Source of the DNA: a virus
Direction: 5' to 3' (one strand)
DNA: 64,000 nt
IMG/VR virus record: IMGVR_UViG_3300022701_000122
Coordinates: 64,001-128,000 of that record
Within the stretch, counting starts at the first letter, position 1; each line of letters opens with the position of its first letter. A model generated the notes under the pieces. The model worked only from the letters and a program-made list of their open reading frames with translations. It was not told the origin of the DNA and did no database searches. A program made the position numbers and the translations under genes. Below, piece after piece: positions 39,070 to 49,751 of this stretch.

Positions 39070-39362
39070 AATGGGAGATTATTATTATGAGCGATGAACG
39101 GGTTGCTACTTTAAGAGTTTTATCGAATAAAAGAAGATCTGATGGTAGTTATGATATAAAATATGAATGCTCAATATGTATGCATAAGTTAAACTTGAAA
39201 CTTGTAAGTATAAATACTTTATCAAGTGATATTATTTTATGTAAATCATGTTTAACTGACTGCATTGGTTTAATAGATAAAAGCTATAATATTGATTCAA
39301 GAGTAATAGCTAAAAAAACAGATAAAATAGATAAATATCTGGTCGAAGAAAAGAGTTGTTGA
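39063..39362 (+). CDS. Small zinc-finger protein
   Basis: CSIC and CKSC pairs; start may be 39088. Confidence 0.55.
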   Translation: MVKWEIIIMSDERVATLRVLSNKRRSDGSYDIKYECSICMHKLNLKLVSINTLSSDIILCKSCLTDCIGLIDKSYNIDSRVIAKKTDKIDKYLVEEKSC

Positions 39363-39398
39363 GGGGCAATTATTAAAATATATTCGATCAGAATTTAT

Positions 39399-39440
39399 AA
39401 ATAGCCATGACATCTTTATTGGTGTTATGGCTATTTTTTT
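39399..39440 (+). terminator. Rho-independent terminator
   Basis: ATAGCCATGACATC/GGTGTTATGGCTAT stem (two G-U pairs) followed by T-run. Confidence 0.85.
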
Positions 39441-39463
39441 ATGTAAAAGGAATTAATAGTTTA

Positions 39464-39478
39464 GGACAAATTATAAAT
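39464..39478 (+). promoter_or_regulatory. GGACAAA motif, putative phage promoter
   Basis: GGACAAATTATAAAT immediately after a terminator. Confidence 0.7.
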
Positions 39479-39539
39479 ATATTATTTATAGTTAGTCTTA
39501 TATCAATTCAAAATAGATAGCTTAAATGGGAGTTTTAAA

Positions 39540-40058
39540 ATGAATGAATCTTTGAAAAGAGAAGTTGTTAAAAAATGGTTTGGTATTGATCGAGTTTTAT
39601 TTGGAGATAAAGATCCAAAAGATGTTTTATCTGCTGAAGATCGTTCTAAATACTTGACCACAAAAGGTAGTCTTCTCGCTAATCTGGCAGAAATGTATCA
39701 TATTATGGATTTTCAAACAGAATCGGTTAATTATAAATCTGAAAGAGAATTTTTTGATGCATGTGTAACTGAAGCAGATGAAGCCATTAAACGTTCTAAA
39801 ACTCTTCTTACGAATGAATCAGTTTTAAAAATGGTTAGAGAAGAAGTTAAAGAAGTTGGTGAATTAGAGCAATTGACTGAAGAGCAAGTTGCAAGATACG
39901 TTGTATTAAAGAGAAAACATGCAACAGCAATTGATTCAATGCTTCATGAAAAATTCATAACTAAAGAAAATCGTAAAAAACTTAGTGATTGGAAGGGTAA
40001 AGTTATTGTAGAAGCATATAAACATTTAAGAAATGCCCTTATAGATTTATCTATGTAA
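39540..40058 (+). CDS. Hypothetical protein, possible head/core component
   Basis: GGGAG RBS; helical; L/I-x-E motifs. Confidence 0.6.
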   Translation: MNESLKREVVKKWFGIDRVLFGDKDPKDVLSAEDRSKYLTTKGSLLANLAEMYHIMDFQTESVNYKSEREFFDACVTEADEAIKRSKTLLTNESVLKMVREEVKEVGELEQLTEEQVARYVVLKRKHATAIDSMLHEKFITKENRKKLSDWKGKVIVEAYKHLRNALIDLSM

Positions 40059-40089
40059 ATAGTTGAGTTATATAAAGAGGAATTAAAAT

Positions 40090-41289
40090 ATGGATGCATT
40101 ATTTATTGTACCCGCATTAGTAAGTCCAAATGTAGATTCCAGGCTTGTACCCGCTATTTCTAAGTTAATCGAACGAAATATTCTTTTAACTAATTCTGCA
40201 ATATTTAGATCTGCTGTATTGAAGAAATATAGTGGGATGTTTAAGTCAGTTAGAAGTGAAAATGTTGACTTATTAGAGGGGGGTCCAAAAGGATCGACTC
40301 CTGGTAATAAACAAACAGGTGGATCTGATTCATCGTCTTCAAGTTCATCATCTTCAAGTTCATCATCTGGAAGCAAATTTAATCCAAAAGTAGGAAAAGA
40401 ATTATTTAAAATTGATGCATCTTCTGCTACTCCTAATGAAAAAAAACCTGATAAAAAAACTGTAACCGATGTTGATAAAATAGAATTGCCAGCTGATATA
40501 GTATTTTTTAGTAATATAAGTTTAGAACCAACATTTTTACAAATACCAATATCTGTTAGAAAATCAAGGCTTGGTCAAGTTGGTGGTGCTCTTGCTAATA
40601 TTGCTTCAGGAGGAATGGTTGGAGGTACTAAAGGCGATGCTGGTCGTGTTGCGATTGTTGGTATGAAAGTTGTACCATATGTTGCTAAAGATGTTGATAA
40701 TATTCTTAACATGATGGAACATTTTAAAAGTATGAATTTGATTGAGAAATATTGGTATCGTGGTTGGAATTCAATTAAGAATAGAATACCATTGACAAGC
40801 AGATATTTTAACTATAAAGGTGAAAAAACTGGTAAAGCAACAGATATAATTATGTCACCAAATTCACATGATATAACGAGTTCTAATATACTTAGATTGA
40901 TGATGAGTGCAAGGCAAAAACATTCTTGGACAACATTAGTTATTCTAAGTACACTTGATTTTGGTGATAGTGATATGCGTAAATCGTTATTGCAATATAG
41001 AAATTTGGTACGTGCTGGTTGGGGAGATATGGTTATAGTTAATCCTCATAAAGAAAGTATTAATTTTTGTACTGTCAAAATGGGTGCTTGTTATGAAATT
41101 CAAATGGGATATTTAAGACAAATTCTTAATATATCAAATGTAATTGATTATTCAGAAGTATCCAGATTCACAAAACCATTTAGACTTGGTTCAGTTGGTA
41201 GAGCATTGAAAGAAGATGCTAATGATGATGAATCAGCATCTACAAAAATATCTCAACTAATTGATCAATGTAATTTAATCGGGGTATAA
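40090..41289 (+). CDS. Hypothetical virion protein with Ser/Gly-rich linker
   Basis: GAGGA RBS; poly-Ser tract 40325-40370; DLLE and ALKE motifs. Confidence 0.6.
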   Translation: MDALFIVPALVSPNVDSRLVPAISKLIERNILLTNSAIFRSAVLKKYSGMFKSVRSENVDLLEGGPKGSTPGNKQTGGSDSSSSSSSSSSSSSGSKFNPKVGKELFKIDASSATPNEKKPDKKTVTDVDKIELPADIVFFSNISLEPTFLQIPISVRKSRLGQVGGALANIASGGMVGGTKGDAGRVAIVGMKVVPYVAKDVDNILNMMEHFKSMNLIEKYWYRGWNSIKNRIPLTSRYFNYKGEKTGKATDIIMSPNSHDITSSNILRLMMSARQKHSWTTLVILSTLDFGDSDMRKSLLQYRNLVRAGWGDMVIVNPHKESINFCTVKMGACYEIQMGYLRQILNISNVIDYSEVSRFTKPFRLGSVGRALKEDANDDESASTKISQLIDQCNLIGV

Positions 41290-41290
41290 A

Positions 41291-41947
41291 ATGAGTGGTG
41301 ATAATGAAAATTTAAATGAATTAATGATTCCAGATAATGTTAGACAATTACGTGCAAATATCGAAAATCATGAATTATCTTCTGAAGATTCTCCTTTTAC
41401 GTTATCGTTAAGACGTGAAGAATTCGAAGAAGAAAAAGAAATGAAGCGATTTATTAAAACATGTGAATCAATAATTCGTAAATCACCAGAATATAAAATT
41501 TGGACTAATTATATTAGAGATTCTATAGGAATTGTTAAATGTGCACTAACTAATGAACGTCATGGGCATGTTACATGCGATATCCATCATCACCCTGTAT
41601 CATTATACACTATAGTGAGAGGAATAATAATTGATTATTTAATAAAGGGTGATGATTTTTGTTGTCTTGATGTAGCTATAAAAATACTTGAATTGCATTA
41701 TGAGAATCGAGTTGGTTATATTTCTATCATAAGATCTCTCCATGAAAAATTTCATAATGGTTTTTTAAATTTACCTATGGAATTAGTAATGGGAGATTAT
41801 AAACATTTTATGGATAATTATTATGTTAATTTATCTGATGAAGAAAAAGATATAATTGATTCTCGATTAGCAATAAATCTTGGTAATTGTGGATATGGTA
41901 ATAGTTATAATTGGGGAAACAACAATTATATTGCTGTGAATCAATAG
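41291..41947 (+). CDS. HNH-like protein
   Basis: CALT...DIHHHP...LHEKFH. Confidence 0.5.
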   Translation: MSGDNENLNELMIPDNVRQLRANIENHELSSEDSPFTLSLRREEFEEEKEMKRFIKTCESIIRKSPEYKIWTNYIRDSIGIVKCALTNERHGHVTCDIHHHPVSLYTIVRGIIIDYLIKGDDFCCLDVAIKILELHYENRVGYISIIRSLHEKFHNGFLNLPMELVMGDYKHFMDNYYVNLSDEEKDIIDSRLAINLGNCGYGNSYNWGNNNYIAVNQ

Positions 41948-41970
41948 AATAAATAATCGAATTCAAGATT

Positions 41971-42008
41971 TTAAGATTGCTGGATTATTATTCAGCAATC
42001 TTAATTTC
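41971..42008 (+). terminator. Terminator-like hairpin
   Basis: TTAAGATTGCTG/CAGCAATCTTAA 12-bp stem, short T-run. Confidence 0.6.
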
Positions 42009-42031
42009 GTATAAAATAGGAAATTGATTAA

Positions 42032-42622
42032 ATGGAAGATATTTTAAGTGAATCTAAACAAAATATGGAACTACCTACTGATATAGATAACTATAGAGGT
42101 AGTTATATTGATTCAGAATATAATGTATATGGAAATAAATCAAGACAAGTTACTTTTCCAGCAGGTGAAGTTTATGTGTATGAAAAGAATTTTTTTATAT
42201 TATTAGCGAATGCTTCAAAAGTAGATTTTAAAGATAAATGGAATTATAGACCAGATTATGTTAGTTTTGAATTTTATAACACTGAGACATTATGGCCTTT
42301 AATACTTTTTGTGAATGGTATAAACTCTATAGAAGATTTTTCTGGATTGATTTATATATTTATACCAAATATGTCATCATTATATAATATAGTTAGAGAT
42401 AAAAAATATATAGAAAGCAAAATTATAGAAGATGAATCTGATCTTATAGAAAGTAAAACGGAAAAATATAAAATTTATCCACTTGATTCTAAAGAATTAG
42501 ATAGAATCAAAGCTGCTGAAATATTAACTGAAGAAACAACAACCGAGTTAACTGTTGAAGATGATTCATTCTTAGTCGATTTATCTGATATTGATTGGAT
42601 TGTCGATGGTGGAGTATTTTAA
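42032..42622 (+). CDS. Baseplate wedge protein with LysM-like motif (T4 gp53-like)
   Basis: RPDYVSFEFYNTETLWPLILFVNGI...IFIP. Confidence 0.7.
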   Translation: MEDILSESKQNMELPTDIDNYRGSYIDSEYNVYGNKSRQVTFPAGEVYVYEKNFFILLANASKVDFKDKWNYRPDYVSFEFYNTETLWPLILFVNGINSIEDFSGLIYIFIPNMSSLYNIVRDKKYIESKIIEDESDLIESKTEKYKIYPLDSKELDRIKAAEILTEETTTELTVEDDSFLVDLSDIDWIVDGGVF

Positions 42623-42624
42623 AT

Positions 42625-43509
42625 ATGAAAATCAAAAAAGAATTTGAATTGATATATCATAAGGGAACAGATAGAGTATATAATATAGTTCCTTTATCAA
42701 AAAATACATTAAAAGCATATACTATTGATAAAATAGATGAGAATTATTTAATAGGTTTAATAAATACATATATACGAATGAAACCAAATAAAATGGGTGA
42801 AATTGTAAGAGATAATGCTAAAAAATGTATAGTTGTTAATATGCCTGAATATCCACTGCCTGGATTTTTAACAAAAAATAATTTACCAGTTATAAATCTT
42901 CATACTTTACCAGTTACAGTTATATCTGATTATTCTCCAGTTGATATATTTTCGTTATATCTTTATTCCCTATCGCTGATGATTTTTGTTAAGAATAAAT
43001 CATTTAAAGATGGCTCAGAAATAAATGTTGGAAATATGCTATTTTCAATTTTTATGAAAATGTTTGGTAAAAAGAGTGGTTTAATAGGTGCATTTAGAGA
43101 TTTAATTCCAACATTACAATTTTTAATAATGTTATATGTAACTATATCTATGATGGGTAAACCCCAAAATAAAAATTTAATTGATAAAATTGCTTCCAAA
43201 TATTATAGATCGACTGATAATATAAAACTTGATTATGATTTTTCATCTATTATAGATTTATTGAAATCTATAAATGAAAATAAGATAATAGCAATAAGTG
43301 AATATAAGTTTTCATCTACAGTCATATCTATGGGTAAGATGCAAATGTTACCTATATTTGAAGATATTTCAAGATTTTATGCGACAGTTCTTGCATCTAA
43401 TATTACCGGAAATACACAGTTTAATTATTTTATAGCTAAAACTCATGCACCGTTATTCAAGAAACTCACTGATTATGCAATATCTGAATTAAAAAGGTAT
43501 AATAAATAG
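42625..43509 (+). CDS. Hypothetical protein
   Basis: GGAG upstream of ATG 42625 (track start 42595). Confidence 0.7.
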   Translation: MKIKKEFELIYHKGTDRVYNIVPLSKNTLKAYTIDKIDENYLIGLINTYIRMKPNKMGEIVRDNAKKCIVVNMPEYPLPGFLTKNNLPVINLHTLPVTVISDYSPVDIFSLYLYSLSLMIFVKNKSFKDGSEINVGNMLFSIFMKMFGKKSGLIGAFRDLIPTLQFLIMLYVTISMMGKPQNKNLIDKIASKYYRSTDNIKLDYDFSSIIDLLKSINENKIIAISEYKFSSTVISMGKMQMLPIFEDISRFYATVLASNITGNTQFNYFIAKTHAPLFKKLTDYAISELKRYNK

Positions 43510-43516
43510 GATTAAT

Positions 43517-44560
43517 ATGGCAAAAAATTTATTTGGATTTATGAGGGGTAGAGTTCAGGAAGTAGATATTCCTGAATTTAAAGAATATGGTGCTGTTAGA
43601 ATTTGGTTTCCAGATTTACATACTGATTTAGATCCAGATTTTAATCCAGATTCTTCTGGTCTTATAACATATCCAGCAAATAATCCAATTGGAGGCAGAA
43701 ACGATACTAAAGATACTTCGTATGGTGGTGGTGTCGTCTATGTTCCACGGGTTGGAGAATGGATGTTATGCTTTTTCGAACAAGGTGATTTAAAAAAACC
43801 ATTTTATTTATGCGCTTTAAATATATTTAATACTAAATTGCCTCCAGAACAAAGAGTTGATTTTAATGGAGGTTCAATCGATGAACCTCATAGTGTATAC
43901 ACTATAATACGATCACATAACGGTAGATCAATTGTTGTTGCCGATTCTGATGATGTTCAGCGTATTGAAATAACTGGTAAAAAACGAACTGGTTCCCCTG
44001 CAACAGAGCCAGCAGCAGAAAATCAAGATTCTAATTATCATATTATAGATGGAAATCAAACTACTATATTATTTGATGAACGAACAGGAAAAGAAAAAGT
44101 ATTAATAAGAACAAGACTTGGTGATTTTCTTCATATAGATGTCGATGAGAGAAGAATGCAAGCGTTTTTTAAAGAAGATATAAGAATTCAAACAGATCAC
44201 GATTTACATTTAAAAGTTAAAAATGATGTACATATGGAAGTTGGTAATGATTTATTTATTAAAGTTAAAAATGATAAACATTTAAATGTAAATAATGATA
44301 TAAAAGATACAGCTTTAAACAATATGCACATTAAAGCTAATTCATCTTTATATGAAGAAGCTGGTTCAGAAATAAATCAGAAAAGTGGTGGTGGATTTAA
44401 CATGCAAGCTGGTGGGACCATGAATGAAAAAGCAGGGGGAAATGTAAATATTGATGGTTCTATGACGAATGAGCAAACTGGTGCTGCCTCTGGTGCTTCT
44501 GGTGCTACACAATCGAAAATAGCCAAACCAATAGAACCAGTTGGTAAGAGGGAAACATAA
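43517..44560 (+). CDS. Baseplate hub/central spike (T4 gp5/VgrG-like)
   Basis: OB fold RGRV...GAVRIWFP...VPRVGEWMLCFFEQGDLKKPFY; 8-residue beta-helix repeats (HLKVKNDV/HMEVGNDL/FIKVKNDK). Confidence 0.88.
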   Translation: MAKNLFGFMRGRVQEVDIPEFKEYGAVRIWFPDLHTDLDPDFNPDSSGLITYPANNPIGGRNDTKDTSYGGGVVYVPRVGEWMLCFFEQGDLKKPFYLCALNIFNTKLPPEQRVDFNGGSIDEPHSVYTIIRSHNGRSIVVADSDDVQRIEITGKKRTGSPATEPAAENQDSNYHIIDGNQTTILFDERTGKEKVLIRTRLGDFLHIDVDERRMQAFFKEDIRIQTDHDLHLKVKNDVHMEVGNDLFIKVKNDKHLNVNNDIKDTALNNMHIKANSSLYEEAGSEINQKSGGGFNMQAGGTMNEKAGGNVNIDGSMTNEQTGAASGASGATQSKIAKPIEPVGKRET

Positions 44561-44562
44561 TA

Positions 44563-45783
44563 ATGAGTGATGATACGAAAGAACTTGTAAGATCTAAATT
44601 ACTTGATGTTTTTGATAAAGAATTAGAAGTTTTTATAAATACATTTACTACAAGTGTTTTAACAAATGTTGCTATAGTAGAATCTACATTAAGACGACAT
44701 ACATTTAACCCTGTATCTTTTGTAGATTTCTATAAAGGTCAATTATTAAATGGTGTTGGTGATGCAGTTCCAGATATAGATATAACTACAATTAATGAAT
44801 TAATAAATACGTGTGAATACTTAAGTGATACTTATGGTACGAATACAAGTTTGATAAGATCATTTGCATCTAATGTTGGAGATTTAGCAAAAGAATATGT
44901 TGAATCTTTTGATAATATGCCTGATGAATTTAATATAGCTATGGATATGGTTGATATGGTTGATGCTTATTCTGAATATACTGTATATGAAGATTTTGCA
45001 AGATTAGATAGTATGTTAACATGTATGTCTACTGATGAGTTAACTAAAGATGAAGATGGAGATATATTAACTACATTTGTTTCTCAAGTTGATAGCAGAA
45101 TATCTACTTTGGAGACGGTTATTGAAACTATGAGAATTGGCGATGATAATGAATTAGATATATCTATGGTTTATGATAATGCTTCAGTTTCAACAAATGA
45201 TCAAGAAATAATGGATAGTGCATATAATGCTGTTGGTATTGTTTTTGGTAAATTTAAATCCATTCATGAAAATGCATTAAATAAATCATTAGATAATGAT
45301 ACATCTATAACTTATATTTATTCTCATTTTAATGAATCTTCTGTTACATCATCTTCTGATCACTATGATTCTATAGATTCAACTTTTGAAAATTCTACCA
45401 CAATAACAGAGTTTTTTGATGCATTAGAACTTCCAGTTGATATAACTAATAAAGTTGGTATGTTAGATGTTGCAATAGAAATAACTGATACAGCAATATA
45501 TGAAGAAGAAGTTCCAACTGATAGATTACCATGTTTTTCAAGATATACTGCAACAGTCAATTTAACAATTGGTAATACAACAAAAAGTGGAACAGGAGAA
45601 TATGTTTATGGTATACCTGTTAGATTATTGGGATGTGGTGTATATGGTGTAACTCAACTCACATCACCAACAAGTGAAGAACTTATAATATATAAAAGTA
45701 GTTTACTTATTGCTATAAAGAATGCAATACGCAATGCTATAGATAATTTCGAATTAAATGAAATAGATATTCAGTTGTACTAA
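44563..45783 (+). CDS. Acidic hypothetical virion protein
   Basis: 406-aa ORF in the spike operon. Confidence 0.7.
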   Translation: MSDDTKELVRSKLLDVFDKELEVFINTFTTSVLTNVAIVESTLRRHTFNPVSFVDFYKGQLLNGVGDAVPDIDITTINELINTCEYLSDTYGTNTSLIRSFASNVGDLAKEYVESFDNMPDEFNIAMDMVDMVDAYSEYTVYEDFARLDSMLTCMSTDELTKDEDGDILTTFVSQVDSRISTLETVIETMRIGDDNELDISMVYDNASVSTNDQEIMDSAYNAVGIVFGKFKSIHENALNKSLDNDTSITYIYSHFNESSVTSSSDHYDSIDSTFENSTTITEFFDALELPVDITNKVGMLDVAIEITDTAIYEEEVPTDRLPCFSRYTATVNLTIGNTTKSGTGEYVYGIPVRLLGCGVYGVTQLTSPTSEELIIYKSSLLIAIKNAIRNAIDNFELNEIDIQLY

Positions 45784-45797
45784 AAGGACTAAAAAAT

Positions 45798-46193
45798 ATG
45801 AAAATGGATGCAGATCTTTATAAAAATAAAGATATAAGATTGGGATATAATAATAGTGGTTATATTCTTGAATGTGATAGAGGATTAGAGTTAAAAATAA
45901 AGGGTGATTTAACATTAACTGTTGATGGTGAACTTAATTTAATAACAGTTAATGAAAATATAAATGTTGATTCAGTTGGTGGTAAAATACAACTGAATAG
46001 TAGAGAATCAAAACAAATTAAAAATACAAAAGAAGCAGAACAATATAAAAAAGAAAACCATACTGAGAAATTGAGTTATGCTGGTTTGGCACAGAGTGGT
46101 ATTGCTTTATTAATTTCTGGTAAACTTGGGAAATATAAAGCAATTGTTAATGTATTATTGAAAATATATAGATGGGTGAAAAAATATGCCTAA
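45798..46193 (+). CDS. Hypothetical protein with spike-like beta repeats
   Basis: LTLTVDGELNL...GGKIQLNS resembles spike C-termini. Confidence 0.5.
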   Translation: MKMDADLYKNKDIRLGYNNSGYILECDRGLELKIKGDLTLTVDGELNLITVNENINVDSVGGKIQLNSRESKQIKNTKEAEQYKKENHTEKLSYAGLAQSGIALLISGKLGKYKAIVNVLLKIYRWVKKYA

Positions 46194-49100
46194 GACAATA
46201 AGAAATCAAGATAATTTTATTAATGCTTATACATATATAACTGAACAATTAGATATATATGATTATAAGTTAGAAACTGATATAGATATTCTCGAAATGA
46301 AGTTGAGAGCTTTAGATGGTCCAGTAAATGCTGAAGAATCTGGCGGTATGAAATTCGAATCAAATAAACTATATTTTCCAGATTCAAAAGTTATCATTAC
46401 AACTGATAATGGTCCAAAGATATATAAGTGCAATACTCTTCATGTATCAGGAATAAGAGAATTTAAGAGATTAAGTAAAATACAAAAATGGTCGCCAAAT
46501 ATAACATATAAAGCAGCAAATAGTAAAACTCATACAACTTATAATGGTGGAGCAGATCCCTGGGGAACATACTCTGAATCGTATTATGGTGATGTTGTAA
46601 GTTATCAAGATAAATTATATTTAGTTGTATCAGATTTTACAAGCTGTTATGAATTTGATAATGGATCATTAGATGAAATTGAATCATGGTCATATTGGTC
46701 TAAGTTGACAGATTATGATAATGGAGCATTAGTTGTTTCCAATGGTTATTTATGGGAATGTACTACACCACATGTAAGTGGTGATCTATTTGAAACAAAG
46801 CCATCTTTCTTTAGTAAATATTGGACTGAAGAAGGAGATGCTTTAGTTTGGGAATCTGATTCAAATGTGCCAATTGATCATTTTTCTTCTCTAAAAAATG
46901 AGTTACAATTATTGGATTTATATGTGAGAACAGAAGAAGACAAATTAATTGGAAATGAAATGTCATATAGTGAAGAAATTAATAAACGAGTAGTTCAAAT
47001 GGTTAATTTTTCAATGATGATAAATCTTGATACTGGATATCAAAATCAAGATTTCGATTTTCCAATTATACTTAGACCACCTTTATTAACAACTGATCAA
47101 ACAGAAGAAATATATCAATTATATCTTACTAAAAAAGCAAATAATGAATTAGATGTTCCATCTGATTATTTATTCAAAGTTGCTTCAAATTGTGTAGATG
47201 AGGAAGTCGTAAGTGCTGAGAACTCATTAAGTGGATTTATTTCACCACTTATTCAACTTGATGGAATTAGAGATGCGTCTCAAAAAATGAGAAGTGAACT
47301 TGATTCAAAAATAGCATATAGAGAAAAATTATATGATGAATTACATGATTTAGTATATAGTGTATTAACAACCGATCCAAATGTTACTACAAGAGATCAA
47401 TTATCATTAGCTAAAACATGGCGTCCAAATACAAGATATGAAAAATGGGATATGATAACTTCTGTTAAACCTGGAACCGTTGTTGCTGGATTATATGACA
47501 CATCTACTTTCAGTTTTACTTCAGCTATGGATCATTATGATACGTATGGTTCTCCTGGTCATATATGGATATGTAAATACGCACATACGAGTGGAACCAT
47601 ACATCCGACTATGGATAATACAGATGATCCTCCTCCAGGTCTTGGAAAAAGATCTGTAATGTACAAAGATCCAAATACTGATGAACCAATATGGCCTTTT
47701 CCATATTGGTGTGATGATTGTGAGACAAATTCTGATACTGCTACATGTAGTGAATGTAGCGGATCAAATGTATCTATACTAAATGAGGAAACTATATGGG
47801 TAAGACCATTGTGTACAGATTCTACAGCATTTATAGATTCAAATCTTACATTTAGTCCTAATCAAGATGATCCTCATGATTGGGAATCTGGTTTTATTCC
47901 AATGGTTTATTATCATCATAATTCTTCGAATGAAAGTGTTCTTCCAGATACAACGTTGCAAGATGAAGAGAGTAAATTTGGAGTAGCACAAACACAAGTA
48001 GATTATTCGACATTTGGAATAGTTGATGTAGAAGGTGATACTATACCATTTTTATTACTCAGATATTACAGTATGATATTTAAAATGGATAGATCTGGTT
48101 ATTCTACATCATTAGCAACACCTGTATCCCAAGGTAATCCTTTATATTGGCTTAATGATGCTCTTGATAATTTATCTTTGTCATTCGTTGGAATTGAACC
48201 AAAATTAAATGGTACTTTAGCAGATGAAGTAAAATTATTATCAATAGCATTTATGCCACAACGAAATCATGTTCCACCACAGAATGAGTGTTGCAAAGGT
48301 GGAAGTGGTGAAGGTACAACGATTCCAGAACCATCTGATATTCCAGGAGAACCACTTGAAGACGATACGCAAAGTGTAAAAAGAAGATCACATGATATTA
48401 GTAAATGTAATACATGTGAATTCGAATATGATAGTTGGGTTGATGCATATATATCTGGTTGTCCAAGATGTGGTTCTAATACAGAGCAATCAAGAACTGA
48501 ACTTGGTAGAGCATTAAAACCGATGAATTGTGGTAAAGTTAAACCTTGGTGTACTGGTATGAAAATACATCCATCGTTTGGTCCAAATGGAACGCTATCT
48601 CCAACAAATGCGAAATTTGCGTCACCAGGATCTTCTGATGATCCATATTGTTATGGTGCTGGAGATTCTCCACCAGTTGTATCTGATTGTACACCATGTT
48701 ATGGTTGTAGTATAGCTATACCAGAACCACTTGTTATTCCAACAAATTCAGATACAGTGTTTTCTTATAAAAAAAGAATATGGAAACATTGGGCACAAAT
48801 AGCGACTGGTTGGATTTGTACATATCTAACTGATCCAACAGTAATATGGCCTGGAGATCATCGTGCAGGAGAAAGTGATGATGAATATCAAGATCCAGAT
48901 CCATCTAATCCGGGGTGTGGAGATCCTTCTAATTTTTGGCCATATAATTGGGCAGATGCTCCAGATGCAGTATCTGGTGGATGGAATGATTTTTATGCTG
49001 AACCTGTTAGTAATGCGCCAGGAGATGGATATATATCAAAATATACTGCTATAGATGGTCATGATATAAACACGTATGGTGATTATTATGGTACACCCGA

Positions 49101-49464
49101 AGAATGTTTTAAACCATTTGCATTTTGTAGATTTACCGATTCTGGAGAATGTGGTGAAACTTCTGGTATTAGTACAGTAAGAGATAGAAATAATTTAATA
49201 TCAAGAGGACCAGGACCAGGACCAGGAGTATTATCTGTTGAAAGATTTGCTATATTAAATATAAGATTTAGAACTATAAATAATGAATTGAATAATAAAA
49301 CTCTTGCTATTGGTAATGAACAGATAGTAGAAATATTAGATAATGTTGGTATGCCAAATTTCAAAAATGATTACATCGAAGCATTTCAGAATTTAAAAAG
49401 ACAGAAAATAAATAATATATATACACTTACAGAATATTGCAACGAATGGGTTGTAACACTGTAA
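46186..49464 (+). CDS. Large Cys-rich virion protein with chitin-binding-like (CBM5/12) repeats
   Basis: WSPNITY...GDVVSYQDKLY, WSKLTDY..GALVVSNGYLWEC, WRPNTRY...HIWICK; multiple CxxC pairs. Confidence 0.6.
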   Translation: MPKTIRNQDNFINAYTYITEQLDIYDYKLETDIDILEMKLRALDGPVNAEESGGMKFESNKLYFPDSKVIITTDNGPKIYKCNTLHVSGIREFKRLSKIQKWSPNITYKAANSKTHTTYNGGADPWGTYSESYYGDVVSYQDKLYLVVSDFTSCYEFDNGSLDEIESWSYWSKLTDYDNGALVVSNGYLWECTTPHVSGDLFETKPSFFSKYWTEEGDALVWESDSNVPIDHFSSLKNELQLLDLYVRTEEDKLIGNEMSYSEEINKRVVQMVNFSMMINLDTGYQNQDFDFPIILRPPLLTTDQTEEIYQLYLTKKANNELDVPSDYLFKVASNCVDEEVVSAENSLSGFISPLIQLDGIRDASQKMRSELDSKIAYREKLYDELHDLVYSVLTTDPNVTTRDQLSLAKTWRPNTRYEKWDMITSVKPGTVVAGLYDTSTFSFTSAMDHYDTYGSPGHIWICKYAHTSGTIHPTMDNTDDPPPGLGKRSVMYKDPNTDEPIWPFPYWCDDCETNSDTATCSECSGSNVSILNEETIWVRPLCTDSTAFIDSNLTFSPNQDDPHDWESGFIPMVYYHHNSSNESVLPDTTLQDEESKFGVAQTQVDYSTFGIVDVEGDTIPFLLLRYYSMIFKMDRSGYSTSLATPVSQGNPLYWLNDALDNLSLSFVGIEPKLNGTLADEVKLLSIAFMPQRNHVPPQNECCKGGSGEGTTIPEPSDIPGEPLEDDTQSVKRRSHDISKCNTCEFEYDSWVDAYISGCPRCGSNTEQSRTELGRALKPMNCGKVKPWCTGMKIHPSFGPNGTLSPTNAKFASPGSSDDPYCYGAGDSPPVVSDCTPCYGCSIAIPEPLVIPTNSDTVFSYKKRIWKHWAQIATGWICTYLTDPTVIWPGDHRAGESDDEYQDPDPSNPGCGDPSNFWPYNWADAPDAVSGGWNDFYAEPVSNAPGDGYISKYTAIDGHDINTYGDYYGTPEECFKPFAFCRFTDSGECGETSGISTVRDRNNLISRGPGPGPGVLSVERFAILNIRFRTINNELNNKTLAIGNEQIVEILDNVGMPNFKNDYIEAFQNLKRQKINNIYTLTEYCNEWVVTL

Positions 49465-49491
49465 TGTTAAATATGAGAGGACAAAAAATAA

Positions 49492-49737
49492 ATGCCAGGA
49501 GCCTGTAGAATTGGAGATCTTCATGTCCCACCATTAATTGATATTGGTGGATCAAGTGATGTAATTATAAATAGTCGTGGTGCACATAGAATTGGAGATG
49601 TTCATATCCCTATGGCTATTCAGATAACTGGTTCACCAGATGTTATTGCAAATGGTAAAGGTATAGCAAGAATAGGTGATATATCTTCACCAATTGCAAT
49701 TGAAGTAGTTGGATCAAGTGATACTATACTTGACTGA
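49492..49737 (+). CDS. PAAR spike-tip protein (T4 gp5.4-like)
   Basis: Three RIGD...GS.DV repeats. Confidence 0.9.
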   Translation: MPGACRIGDLHVPPLIDIGGSSDVIINSRGAHRIGDVHIPMAIQITGSPDVIANGKGIARIGDISSPIAIEVVGSSDTILD

Positions 49738-49751
49738 GAAAGGTGATTTAA

